Source: Halobacteria archaeon (GTDB lineage: Archaea > Halobacteriota > Syntropharchaeia > JACQPP01). From it: a DNA stretch of 64,000 nt. Every line of letters starts with the position of its first letter. Position 1 is the first letter of the stretch. The notes under the pieces were generated by a model. That model did no database searches and was not told the origin of the DNA. It saw only the letters and a program-made list of their open reading frames with translations. The stretch lies in the NCBI GenBank assembly GCA_038869515.1, contig JAWCQZ010000008.1, positions 12,633-76,632 of the forward strand, given 5' to 3'. Below, one piece after another: positions 29,125-41,786 of the stretch. The position numbers and the translations under genes were made by a program.

Positions 29125-29187
29125 GCCTCATTCCCGACTTGCCCGATAGATATATATAACCATCTTCCCCAACGGGAAGCGATTCTT

Positions 29188-30417
29188 GTGATGGCTGAGG
29201 AATCGGCATCGGAGAAGCCTTCGGACCAGTTGAACCGCTACCTTCTGGAGCGCGTCCGGCAACTCGAGGAGCGCAACCTCAGCCTGCGGGAGGAGGCCAA
29301 GCGGCTGGAGACCGAGAAGCGGCTCATGGAGGGGCAAAAGCAGCGGTTCGAGCGGGAGTCCCAGAAAATGCGCTCCGAGGTGGAGCGGCTCAAGAACGTC
29401 CCCCTGGTGGTGGGGACGGTGATTGACGTCATCAACAACGAGAAGATCATCATCAAATCCTCCACCGGGCCCAAGTTCGTGGTGAGCAAGAGCCAGTTCA
29501 TCGGAGAGGTCCTGGCGGGGACCCAGGTGGCCCTGAACCAGCAGAGCCTGGCCGTCGTGGAGGTCCTGCCCAGCACCAAGGACCCCGCGGTCTACGCCAT
29601 GGAGATCGTCGACCGGCCCGAACTCACCTACGAAGACGTGGGCGGCCTGGAGGGGCAGGTCCAGGAGATCCGCGAGATGATCGAGCTGCCCCTGCTCCAC
29701 CCGGAGAAGTTCGAGAAGGTGGGCATCGAGCCCCCCCGCGGCGTCCTCCTCTACGGCCCCCCGGGAACGGGGAAGACGCTGCTGGCGAAGGCGGTCGCCC
29801 ACCACACCAAGGCGACCTTCATCCGGGTCGTCGCCTCCGAACTGGTCCAGAAGTACATCGGCGAGGGGGCCCGCATGGTGCGGGAGATTTTCCGCCTCGC
29901 CCGGGAGAAGGCCCCCTCCATCGTCTTTGTGGACGAGCTGGACGCCATCGGCTCCCGGCGTCTCGACAGCGCCACCTCCGGGGACCGGGAGGTCCAGCGG
30001 ACCCTGATGCAGCTCCTGTCGGAGATTGACGGCTTCGACCCCCGTGGGGACGTGAAGTTCGTCGCCGCCACCAACCGGCCCGACATCCTCGACCCCGCCC
30101 TCCTGCGGCCCGGCCGCTTCGACCGGATGATCGCCATCCCCCTCCCGACGGTCGAGGGGCGGGCGGAAATCCTGAAAATCCACATCAGGAAGATGCGCCT
30201 CGCCCCCGACCTCTTCGTGGAGAGGGTCGCCGCCGCCACGGAGGGGGCGTCGGGAGCCGACCTGAAGGCGGTCTGCACCGAGGCGGGCATGTTCGCCATC
30301 CGGGCCGACCGGGACCACGTCACCATGGCGGACTTCGAAGCCGCCGCCCGCAAGGTCCTGGGCGGGCAGCAGTCGGTGGCGCCCAAGCCCCCCGAGGCGG
30401 CGGGAATGTTCGCCTGA
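29188..30417 (+). CDS. pan: Proteasome-activating nucleotidase
   Basis: An N-terminal coiled coil, OB domain and an AAA module (GPPGTGKT, …DEID…) with the C-terminal HbYX-like tail. ATG at 29191 or GTG at 29188. Confidence 0.95.
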   Translation: MMAEESASEKPSDQLNRYLLERVRQLEERNLSLREEAKRLETEKRLMEGQKQRFERESQKMRSEVERLKNVPLVVGTVIDVINNEKIIIKSSTGPKFVVSKSQFIGEVLAGTQVALNQQSLAVVEVLPSTKDPAVYAMEIVDRPELTYEDVGGLEGQVQEIREMIELPLLHPEKFEKVGIEPPRGVLLYGPPGTGKTLLAKAVAHHTKATFIRVVASELVQKYIGEGARMVREIFRLAREKAPSIVFVDELDAIGSRRLDSATSGDREVQRTLMQLLSEIDGFDPRGDVKFVAATNRPDILDPALLRPGRFDRMIAIPLPTVEGRAEILKIHIRKMRLAPDLFVERVAAATEGASGADLKAVCTEAGMFAIRADRDHVTMADFEAAARKVLGGQQSVAPKPPEAAGMFA

Positions 30418-30525
30418 AGCCCCGCCCCTTTCGGAAACTTTCCCGCACCTGTCCCCCCGGGAACCCCTTCGCTCCGCCGGGACGATCCGGGCTATGGTTT
30501 TTTGAGGCCCCGGAGATGCCTGCCC

Positions 30526-31809
30526 ATGGACCGCTTCCCGCCCGACTTTCTCTTCGGCGTCGCCACGTCGTCCCACCAGATCGAGGGGAACAACGCGAGC
30601 AGCGACTGGTGGGCCTTCGAGCAGGAGCCGGGACGCATCGAGAACGGCCACCGGTCGGGGCGGGCCTGCGACTTCTGGAACCGCTACCCCGAGGATGTGG
30701 CGCTGATGAAGTCCCTGGGGTTCCAGGCCCACCGCCTCTCCATCGAGTGGAGCCGGGTGGAGCCCGAGCGCGGGCGCTACTCCGAGGAAGCCATCGAGCG
30801 TTACCGGCGCATCCTCCAGGCCCACCGGGAGGCGGGAATCAAGACCTTCGCCACCCTCCACCACTTCACCCTCCCCCGGTGGGTGGCGGAGTCGGGGAAC
30901 CTGCTGGCCGACGGGAACCTGAGGGCCTTCGAGGCCTACGCCGCCCGGACGGTGCGCGCCCTGCGGGGGCTGGTCGACGCCTGGAACACCATCAACGAGC
31001 CGACCGTGTGGGCCTACATGGGGTTCCTCCGCGGGGAGTTCGCGCCGGGCCTCAAGAGTTTCCGGACGTGGGGCAAAGCGCTGAAGGCGGCGCTCCGGGC
31101 GCACGGCCTCGCCTACCACGCGGCCAAGGCGGAGGACCCGCACACCCCGGCGGGCATCGTCGCCAACGTGCCGGTCTACCGGCCCGACCACCGGTGGGAC
31201 CCCGGGGACTACCTGGTGCGGTGGCTCGCCGACGGCCTCTTCAACCGCCCGGTGGTGAAGGCGCTGCGGGAGGGCGTCCTGAAGGTCCCCGGGGCCCCGA
31301 AGGAGAGGGCGCCCGCGCTGGAGGGCTCCTCCGACTTCATCGGCGTCAACTACTACCACCGCATCTGGACCTGCTGGTGGCGCCTCCGGAACCCCCGGTT
31401 CGGGGCGCCGGGGGAGAGGCTCAGCCAGATGGGGTGGGCCTCCTACCCCGACGGCCTCCTCGAGGCCCTGCGGCGCTACGGAGCCCTCGGGAAGCCCCTC
31501 TACGTCACCGAGAACGGCGTCGGGACCGAGGACGACGGATGGCGCGCCGAGTTCCTCCGCGATCATCTCGCCCGGGTGCTGCAGGCGCGGGCCGAAGGGC
31601 TCGACGTCCGGGGCTACTTCCACTGGTCCTACATCGACAACTTCGAGTGGAGCCGGGGGTGGGTGCCGAGGTTCGGGCTGGTCGCCTTCGACCCGGAGAC
31701 CCTGGAGCGGCGGCCCAAGCCCTCGGCGCGGCTCTACGGGGAGGTCGCCCGGAGACGGGAGTTGCCTCCGACAGGTTTTAGCCCGGGCTCCGCGGATTCT
31801 TCCCGATGA
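30526..31809 (+). CDS. Glycoside hydrolase family 1 beta-glucosidase/beta-galactosidase
   Basis: …FLFGVATSSHQIEG…, the acid/base motif TINEP and the nucleophile motif YVTENG. Confidence 0.9.
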   Translation: MDRFPPDFLFGVATSSHQIEGNNASSDWWAFEQEPGRIENGHRSGRACDFWNRYPEDVALMKSLGFQAHRLSIEWSRVEPERGRYSEEAIERYRRILQAHREAGIKTFATLHHFTLPRWVAESGNLLADGNLRAFEAYAARTVRALRGLVDAWNTINEPTVWAYMGFLRGEFAPGLKSFRTWGKALKAALRAHGLAYHAAKAEDPHTPAGIVANVPVYRPDHRWDPGDYLVRWLADGLFNRPVVKALREGVLKVPGAPKERAPALEGSSDFIGVNYYHRIWTCWWRLRNPRFGAPGERLSQMGWASYPDGLLEALRRYGALGKPLYVTENGVGTEDDGWRAEFLRDHLARVLQARAEGLDVRGYFHWSYIDNFEWSRGWVPRFGLVAFDPETLERRPKPSARLYGEVARRRELPPTGFSPGSADSSR

Positions 31810-32258
31810 GCCAGAAGGTGGACGACCTCGACCTGAAAATCCTCCGGCACCTCCAGGAGGACGCCCGCAAGTCCTACCGGGACATCGCGGAGAAGCTCGA
31901 CGTCGCCGAGGGGACGGTCTACAACCGGGTGAACAAACTCCTCCAGATGGGGGTCATCCGGAAATTCGGGGTTGAGGTCGACTACGGCAAACTCGGCTAC
32001 GACCTCCTGGCGGTGGTGGGCGTCGTCGTGGAGGGGGGAAAACTCCAGGATGTGGAGGAGAAGCTCTCCCACGAGCCCAACGTCACGGCGGTCTACGACG
32101 TCACGGGCGAGTATGACACCGTGGTGGTGGCCCGGTTCAAGGACCGGACCGGCCTGAACCGCTTCATCAAGGCCCTGCTCTCCAACCCCGCGATCAAGAA
32201 GACCTACACCATGATGGCGCTCAACGTGGTGAAGGAAGAGTCGGGCGTCCGCCTCTGA
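31806..32258 (+). CDS. Lrp/AsnC-family transcriptional regulator
   Basis: An N-terminal HTH (…LKILRHLQEDARKSYRDIAEKLDVAEGTVYNRVNKL…) and a C-terminal RAM domain. Confidence 0.9.
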   Translation: MSQKVDDLDLKILRHLQEDARKSYRDIAEKLDVAEGTVYNRVNKLLQMGVIRKFGVEVDYGKLGYDLLAVVGVVVEGGKLQDVEEKLSHEPNVTAVYDVTGEYDTVVVARFKDRTGLNRFIKALLSNPAIKKTYTMMALNVVKEESGVRL

Positions 32259-32322
32259 CCGCGGGAGCGAGGCGCGCCGGTCTACGGAAAGTTTATCCCT
32301 CTCTCCGGGCCGAGACCCGAAG

Positions 32323-33135
32323 ATGGCCGCCGAAGCGAGACCCGCCAGCGACGCCTTCGAAATCGCCGGCCACCCCTACCCGGACTACCGCACCATCAAG
32401 GTCGCGCTCCACTCCTCCGATCTCTCGACCAAGGTCCGCGTCGAAGTCGCGCGCCGGGACGGCTACGACCTCATCCTGGAGGGCGAGTTCTTCCCCTACA
32501 CTTACCAGAAGGACATGCTCCGCTCCTTCATCCCCGCCGCCAAGGTCGGCGAGCCCGAGACGCGGGTCCTGAGCACCGGTGCCCTCTATCTCACGAACGC
32601 GGTCAAGCGCAAGGAGATTCCCGCGCCCCGAGGAGGCTTCGGGAAAAAGGCGCCGCTGGTTCTCGAGGACAAGTTCAAGCCCCTCCAGGAGAAGGGGCTC
32701 TGCCTCCACGTGGTGGCGCCTGCGGTCTCCACGCGGCTGAACCGCAGCGCCCTCATGAGGGCCCCCGCCCACCAGCACTTCATCGTCTATGACAACAGCG
32801 AGGTCCACGCGGTCCTCAGCCGCACTTTGACCCGGAAGGAGGACGAGATGCTCCGGAGCGCCACCGAGGACCTTCCCGCCACTGCCCTGGAAGACGAGAT
32901 GCGGCCCGCCGTCGAGGTGGTCCACACCGACTTCATCTCCTCGGAACTCATCGGCTACACCCTCGGCAAGCTCCGCCCCTACACCATCGCGGTTGTTAAG
33001 GAGGAGTACCTGGACGGCCCCGCGGCCCTCCCCCGGATCAGGCTCCTGCCCGCCGACAAACTTCCCGGCGACGCCATGCGGCGGGAGGAGAAGAAGAAGA
33101 AAGAACTGGTGGAAGAGAGCATGCTCACGCGGTAA
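32323..33135 (+). CDS. Conserved hypothetical protein
   Basis: 270-aa ORF. No domain recognised. Confidence 0.45.
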   Translation: MAAEARPASDAFEIAGHPYPDYRTIKVALHSSDLSTKVRVEVARRDGYDLILEGEFFPYTYQKDMLRSFIPAAKVGEPETRVLSTGALYLTNAVKRKEIPAPRGGFGKKAPLVLEDKFKPLQEKGLCLHVVAPAVSTRLNRSALMRAPAHQHFIVYDNSEVHAVLSRTLTRKEDEMLRSATEDLPATALEDEMRPAVEVVHTDFISSELIGYTLGKLRPYTIAVVKEEYLDGPAALPRIRLLPADKLPGDAMRREEKKKKELVEESMLTR

Positions 33136-33190
33136 GCGGCCCGGGGATTGCCGGGAGAAAGTTGTTAGCCCGAAATAGGAGACGGAGGAG

Positions 33191-33565
33191 ATGGTCGGCG
33201 AGCCCGCCGTCTGGACCGGCATCGGAGTTCTCGCGGGAGGGACCTACTATGCCATCTTCCGGGGGGTCCGGGCGTCCGGGCTGTGGAAGATGTTCCTCAA
33301 GACCTACGTCCCTCCGGAGCGCCACGGGGACGTCCGCCTACGGGTCGCCTTCGTCTGCTACAACCTCGCCCTCTTCCTGTGGCTCTTCCGCATCTGGGCC
33401 TGGCTGGCGGAGGCGGGGTTCCAGGCGGTTCCCGAGAAGGACCTGATCGAACTCACGAACGGGGTCCTCGGCGCGGTCTACGCGACGGCCATCCTGGGAG
33501 CGGTGATTTTCATTCCCTATGTGCGGAAGCGGGTGGACCTCCTGGAGAGGGAGGAAGGACGCTGA
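33191..33565 (+). CDS. Small membrane protein, hypothetical
   Basis: 124 aa with 3 hydrophobic segments. Confidence 0.45.
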   Translation: MVGEPAVWTGIGVLAGGTYYAIFRGVRASGLWKMFLKTYVPPERHGDVRLRVAFVCYNLALFLWLFRIWAWLAEAGFQAVPEKDLIELTNGVLGAVYATAILGAVIFIPYVRKRVDLLEREEGR

Positions 33566-33574
33566 CCGGCCGCG

Positions 33575-33967
33575 TTACTTCTCGCCCCGCACGTCGAACT
33601 TCATCTTCCCCATGGAGGTCAGGAGGGTGGTGTCCTGCCCAGTCTGGAGCTTGCCCTGGAGTTCCGGGGGAATCTTGAGCTCGAAGTTCGCGTAGGTCGA
33701 GAGGTCCATCAGTTGGGCCGTGTCCCCGACGATGTTGAGGATCTGGACCCCCTTCCGCTCCACCACCGGGATGTAGATTTTGGCGTCCACGGGCTGGACC
33801 ACGGAGCGCTTCACGCCGTCGAAGAGGCCGATGGCCTCGACCCGCAGTTTCGCGGCGCCGTGCTTCCCGGGCTTGGAGTGGGCGGTGCTGACGACGACGC
33901 AGGGCTCCTCGTCAATCAGGAGATACTTCCCCTCCTTGATCTCCTTCATCTCGGCCTGGATTTTCAT
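33575..33967 (-). CDS. aif5A: Translation initiation factor 5A
   Basis: 130 aa with the hypusination loop …TAHSKPGKHGAAK…. Confidence 0.9.
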   Translation of the reverse strand: MKIQAEMKEIKEGKYLLIDEEPCVVVSTAHSKPGKHGAAKLRVEAIGLFDGVKRSVVQPVDAKIYIPVVERKGVQILNIVGDTAQLMDLSTYANFELKIPPELQGKLQTGQDTTLLTSMGKMKFDVRGEK

Positions 33968-34113
33968 CTACGATGGCCCATCGGGGGACGGGGTTAAAAG
34001 ATTTCTCTTGCTGCCGGTCCTGTCGACACCCGTTGCCGACGGGACGGGAGGGTTCCCGAGTGGACCGGCAACACGAACCGAAGATTTCTTATGATGCTCT
34101 TGGATTGGCAGCG

Positions 34114-35127
34114 ATGGCCCGCAAAGCGGACTTCCTGCGCCACCCCACGGTCCCCATCTCCGTAGGCAGGAAATCGGTCTCGGAACTCGCGCGGCAGATG
34201 GCCAGGACGGGCTTCCAGGGCCGGACCCTGGGCCAGGCGGTGGACGTCTGGGAGCAGATGTTCCGGAGGAAGGGGATGACGATTTTCCTGGGCCTCACGG
34301 GGGCGATGGTCCCGGCGGGCATGCGGCGAGTCATCGCGTTCCTCATCGAGCGAAAACTGGTGGACTGCATCGTCTCGACCGGCGCGAACCTGTTCCACGA
34401 CGCCTACGAGGCCCTGGGCCGGAAGCACTACCAGGGGACCGACACGGTGGACGACGCGGCCCTCCAGCGGTACCACATCGACCGGATGTATGACGTCTAC
34501 GCCTCCGAGGACGAGTTCCGGATTCTCGACTGGAAGATCGCGGGGTTCGCGCGCTCCATCTCCCCCTGCCGCATCTCCACCCGGGAATTCATGCGCCGGT
34601 GGGGCCGCGAACTGGCCCGGATGGGAGGGGCCCGGGACTCCATCGTGGTGGCCGCCTACCGGAACCACGTCCCCCTCTTCGTCCCCGCCATCTGCGACAG
34701 CGGCTACGGAATCGCCCTCCACCTGGCCCGGAGGAGGGGGGTGGACATCGACCTCGACCAGTTGAAGGACGTGGAGGAGATTGTGGAGTTGTACGGCGCG
34801 AGCCGCGAGACCGGGGGAATCTACGTCGGAGGCGGCGTGCCCCGGAACTTCATCCAGCAGACCTCTGTCATCGAGGACATCGTGGAGCAGAACGCGCCCC
34901 ACCAGTACGGCATCCAGTTCACCATCGACCCGCCCCACTACGGCGGCCTCTCCGGCTCCACCTTCTCCGAGGCGGTCTCCTGGGGGAAGTACCACCCCCG
35001 GGACGCCAAGATGGTCCAGGTGTTCGCCGACGCCACCATCGCCCTGCCCATCGTCGCCCACGCCCTGGAGGAGCGGACCCGGGGGCTCAAGCGGAAGCGC
35101 GTCCGGCCGCCCTGGCCCCTCGACTGA
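34114..35127 (+). CDS. dys: Deoxyhypusine synthase
   Basis: …IFLGLTGAMVPAGMR…STGANLFHD…VGGGVPRNF… match the DHS family. Divergently paired with aIF5A. Start at the internal ATG 34114 (ORF opens at 33973). Confidence 0.9.
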   Translation: MARKADFLRHPTVPISVGRKSVSELARQMARTGFQGRTLGQAVDVWEQMFRRKGMTIFLGLTGAMVPAGMRRVIAFLIERKLVDCIVSTGANLFHDAYEALGRKHYQGTDTVDDAALQRYHIDRMYDVYASEDEFRILDWKIAGFARSISPCRISTREFMRRWGRELARMGGARDSIVVAAYRNHVPLFVPAICDSGYGIALHLARRRGVDIDLDQLKDVEEIVELYGASRETGGIYVGGGVPRNFIQQTSVIEDIVEQNAPHQYGIQFTIDPPHYGGLSGSTFSEAVSWGKYHPRDAKMVQVFADATIALPIVAHALEERTRGLKRKRVRPPWPLD

Positions 35128-35926
35128 CTCCGCGGCCGGAGGCCCGCAGCGCCACCCGGCCCGCCGCCACCGCCGCGCCGAAGCCGTTCCCGATGTTCAC
35201 GACGGTGAGCCCGGGGGAGCACGACTGGAGCATCGTGAGGAGCGCCCCCAACCCCTCGCCGCCCGCCCCGTAGCCGCTCCGGGCCGGGACGCCGACCACC
35301 GGGACGTCCACCAGCCCCGCCACCACCGAAGGCAGCACCCCCTCCATCCCCGCCACCACGATGAGGGCGTCCACCCTCTCCGACATCTCCTCCAGGGGGC
35401 CGTAGAGGCGGTGGATGCCCGCCACCCCCACGTCGTAGGCCCGCTCCACCCCGACCCCCATCGCTTCCAGAGTGAGCGCCGCCTCCTCCGCGACCGGGAT
35501 GTCGGAGGTGCCGGCGGTCAGGATCCCCACCCGCCCCCGGGGGGCGGGCCGGAGGTCTTTCCGCCGGACCAGGAGGACCCCCGCCTCAGGATGGTGGGTG
35601 ACCTGGAAGCCCCTGAGGGCCCTGCGCGCCGCCCGCGCGCCCGCGGGAGTGACGCGGGTCGCCAGGGCGACTCCGTTGTGGCGGACCATCTCCCGCAGGA
35701 GGCGGGCCACGTCCTGTGGCCGCTTGTTCTGCCCCATGACCGCCTCCGGCGCGCCGGTCCGGTGGTGGCGGAGGAGGTCGAGGCGGGCGCGGCCCGAGAC
35801 CTCCCGGACCGCCAGGCGCGCCAGGGCCTTCCGGGCCTCCCCGGGCCCGAGGAGACCCCGGCGGAGGTCCCCGAGAAGCCGCTCCAGGGAGTCGGGGGCC
35901 CGGTTTCGCGCCGCCATGGTTCCCAC
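35087..35926 (-). CDS. larB: LarB-like PurE-family carboxylase (nickel-pincer nucleotide cofactor biosynthesis)
   Basis: A PurE-fold C-terminal half is preceded by the LarB-specific N-terminal extension (…DLLRHHRTGAPEAVMGQNK…). Confidence 0.65.
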   Translation of the reverse strand: MGTMAARNRAPDSLERLLGDLRRGLLGPGEARKALARLAVREVSGRARLDLLRHHRTGAPEAVMGQNKRPQDVARLLREMVRHNGVALATRVTPAGARAARRALRGFQVTHHPEAGVLLVRRKDLRPAPRGRVGILTAGTSDIPVAEEAALTLEAMGVGVERAYDVGVAGIHRLYGPLEEMSERVDALIVVAGMEGVLPSVVAGLVDVPVVGVPARSGYGAGGEGLGALLTMLQSCSPGLTVVNIGNGFGAAVAAGRVALRASGRGVSRGARAAGRASA

Positions 35927-35939
35927 CCGCTCCCGGGGC

Positions 35940-39167
<3,228 letters not shown>

Positions 39168-39220
39168 GTCCTGTTCCAAAGTTGCGACACGCCCCCGGCG
39201 GAAAAGACTTTGGGACAGCC

Positions 39221-40252
39221 TCAGTGGAAAATCTGCGCCACCGCTTCCGCCAGCCGCCGGTTGTCGGGCCGCGTCCGAATTCCCAATCGGAGGTAGCGGG
39301 GCAGGCCGAAGGAGGCGCAGTCCCGGACCAGGAGGCCGCGCTTCAGGAGGTCGCGGGCGGCCCGCGACGCCCCGCCGGGGGCCTCGGCGGTGAGGAAAGG
39401 GGCCGCGCTCGGCTGCGGGCGGAGGGGAGTAGCGGCGAGTTCCTCGGTGAGCCACGCCCGCTCCCGGGCCACGAGCCGCCTCGACCTTTCGAGGAACGGC
39501 CCCGCCCCCCGGAAGCAGGCCCGCGCCGCCTCCTCGGCGGGGACCGAGAGGGACCAAGGGCTCCGCAGCGCCTCCAGGGCATCCGCCACCGGGGGCGAGG
39601 CGGCGGCGAAGCCCGCCCGGAGGCCGGGGAGGCCGAACGCCTTGCTGAGGCTCCGGAGGACCAGGAGCCCTTCGAAGTCCGCCGCGTCGGGGGCGACCGA
39701 CTGGGCGGGGTCCGACAACTCGACGAAGGACTCATCTACCACCAGCACCGCGCCGCGCCGGTCGCACTCCTCAGCCAGGGAGAGGACTTCGTCCCGGAGA
39801 AGCAGATCCCCGGTGGGGTTGTTGGGGTTGCAGGCGAAGACCACGCGGGAGGAGTCGGGGCCGGAGCCCTCCTTCGCCTCAGCCCCCGCGAGCATCGCCC
39901 GGAAGCGATACTCCTCGTAGGTGGGGCTGCGGACCACCACCCGGTCGCCGGGCTCGAGAAACGCGCGGACGGCGAGCTCGATGAGTTCGGTGGAGCCGTT
40001 GCCGGGGACGACCAGTTCGGGGGACGAGCCGCAGAAGCGGGCCGCGGCCTCCCGGAACTCCGCATACCGGTCGTCGGGGTAGTGGGCCAACTCCTTCGCG
40101 CACTCCCGCAGGGCGCGGGCCACCGGGAAGGAGAGGGGGTTGGTGCAGGCGGAGAAGTCGAGGACCTCGCGGCCGGCGGCTTCAGAGGCGGCGCGGACGT
40201 TGCCGCCGTGGACCGGCCTTCTGGGGAACTGGGCACCCTGAACTCGGCTCAT
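39221..40252 (-). CDS. Class I/II PLP aminotransferase, histidinol-phosphate aminotransferase/threonine-phosphate decarboxylase (HisC/CobD) family
   Basis: …VHGGN…LDFSACTNP…[10 protein letters not shown]…[14 protein letters not shown]…. Confidence 0.8.
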   Translation of the reverse strand: MSRVQGAQFPRRPVHGGNVRAASEAAGREVLDFSACTNPLSFPVARALRECAKELAHYPDDRYAEFREAAARFCGSSPELVVPGNGSTELIELAVRAFLEPGDRVVVRSPTYEEYRFRAMLAGAEAKEGSGPDSSRVVFACNPNNPTGDLLLRDEVLSLAEECDRRGAVLVVDESFVELSDPAQSVAPDAADFEGLLVLRSLSKAFGLPGLRAGFAAASPPVADALEALRSPWSLSVPAEEAARACFRGAGPFLERSRRLVARERAWLTEELAATPLRPQPSAAPFLTAEAPGGASRAARDLLKRGLLVRDCASFGLPRYLRLGIRTRPDNRRLAEAVAQIFH

Positions 40253-40289
40253 CCTGCCCGGGTTCCGGTGCGGCACAAAAAGACGCCGC

Positions 40290-40448
40290 TCACTCTTTTT
40301 CGAGGTAGCCGATGAAATGGGAGACCGCGTGGGCCACGAAGTCCGACCTTGAGGTGAACCTCTTCCTCGCGATGAGGGCGTCCATCTTCTCGACGACGTA
40401 GGGCGAGAGATAGGTCTGGATTCGCTCCTTGTTCTTGTTTTTCGGCAT
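40290..40448 (-). CDS. Unannotated 52-aa ribbon-helix-helix (CopG/Arc/MetJ-like) DNA-binding protein
   Basis: My own translation of the minus strand gives MPKNKNKERIQTYLSPYVVEKMDALIARKRFTSRSDFVAHAVSHFIGYLEKE*. This has a beta-strand/helix/helix RHH pattern. It lies in a different frame from the listed spurious ORF 40249..40509. Confidence 0.45.
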   Translation of the reverse strand: MPKNKNKERIQTYLSPYVVEKMDALIARKRFTSRSDFVAHAVSHFIGYLEKE

Positions 40449-40471
40449 GGCCCCCTACGCGTTTCGCCGGT

Positions 40472-41704
40472 TCATTGCGCGGAACTCTCCGTGATTTCCC
40501 CGGCCACATTCGTCTGCATGAGACGCTTCACCCCGTCCAGGTCGCGGGTCTGCCCCAGCACCCACATCAGTTTCACGTAGGCGGTCTCCGGCAGCATGTC
40601 CTCCGCCTCAATCACCCCGGCCCTCAGCAGGTCGCGCCCCGTGTCGTAGACCCGGTCGTTCACCCTTCCCTGCAAACACTGGGAGGCCATGACCACCGGG
40701 ATGCCCCGCTTCACCAGTTTGCGGACGGCAGGAATCCACGACGAGGCGACGTGGCCGAGGCCGGTCCCTTCCAGCACCACTCCACGGGCCCCCTGGGCGG
40801 CCCGTTCCAGTGCTTGCGGCCCGAGGCCGGGGGCGAACTTCACCAGCGCGACCTTCGGCTCCATCTTCAGGCGCGCTTTCAACTCCCCGCCCCGGGGCCG
40901 CCTCGGGAGGAAGAACTCCACCCTCCGGCTCGCGAACTCCACGAACCCGAGGGGGCCCGGCTGCGACTCGAACGCGTCGCGGCGGGAGGTGTGGTTCTTG
41001 CGGACCCGGGTGCCGCGATGGATGGCGCACACCCCGTCGGCGGTCCCGGCGTGCATCACCACCGCCACCTCGGCGAAGTCGGCCAGGGCCGCCTCGGCGG
41101 CGCAGACCGCGTTGATGGCGGCGTCGCTGCTGGGGCGGTCGGAGGAGCGCTGGGCGCCGGTAAGGACCACGGGCACCGGGCTCTCCAGCAGGAAGGCGAG
41201 GGCGGCGGCGGTGTAGCCCATGGTGTCGGTCCCGTGGGTGACAAGAACCCCGTCGGCCCCCTTGCGGATTTCGTCCGCGATTTTCCTGGCGAGCGTGACC
41301 CACCGGGCGGGGGTCATGTTCTCGCTGAGGAGGGAGAAGACCGGCTCCGCCCGGAGGCGGGCGACCCCCTTCAATTCGGGGATGGCCTCCACCAGGTCCC
41401 CAGCCGAAAACTGGCTGGTGACGGCCCCGGTCCGGTAGTCCACCCGGGAGGCGATGGTGCCTCCGGTGGAGAGTATCGCGAGGGTTCGCGCTGGGCCTCC
41501 GACCGGGAGCGGCTTCGGGGCGGAGGGTCGCTCCGGGGCGGCCTTCTCCAGCAGGGTCACCTTCGCCCCGGGACCGATCCCCACGTTGTAGCCGCTGTCG
41601 AGTTTCACCACGGGGCCCGCGCCGGGAGAGGGCATGAGGACCCCCTCGATGGCCCGACTTCCCTTCACGACCCGGACCCGGTCTCCGGGGGCGGGCCTGC
41701 TCAT
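40472..41704 (-). CDS. gatD: Glutamyl-tRNA(Gln) amidotransferase subunit D
   Basis: A 410-aa asparaginase-fold protein (…ILSTGGTIAS…HGTDTM…) with the GatD-specific N-terminal domain. Confidence 0.9.
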   Translation of the reverse strand: MSRPAPGDRVRVVKGSRAIEGVLMPSPGAGPVVKLDSGYNVGIGPGAKVTLLEKAAPERPSAPKPLPVGGPARTLAILSTGGTIASRVDYRTGAVTSQFSAGDLVEAIPELKGVARLRAEPVFSLLSENMTPARWVTLARKIADEIRKGADGVLVTHGTDTMGYTAAALAFLLESPVPVVLTGAQRSSDRPSSDAAINAVCAAEAALADFAEVAVVMHAGTADGVCAIHRGTRVRKNHTSRRDAFESQPGPLGFVEFASRRVEFFLPRRPRGGELKARLKMEPKVALVKFAPGLGPQALERAAQGARGVVLEGTGLGHVASSWIPAVRKLVKRGIPVVMASQCLQGRVNDRVYDTGRDLLRAGVIEAEDMLPETAYVKLMWVLGQTRDLDGVKRLMQTNVAGEITESSAQ

Positions 41705-41786
41705 CGTTGACTGGCCGGAACGCGGCCGAAGGCCGCGGTCGGCAGGCCAGACGACGCGCTCGTCGCGTCGAAAGTCAAACTTTTCG

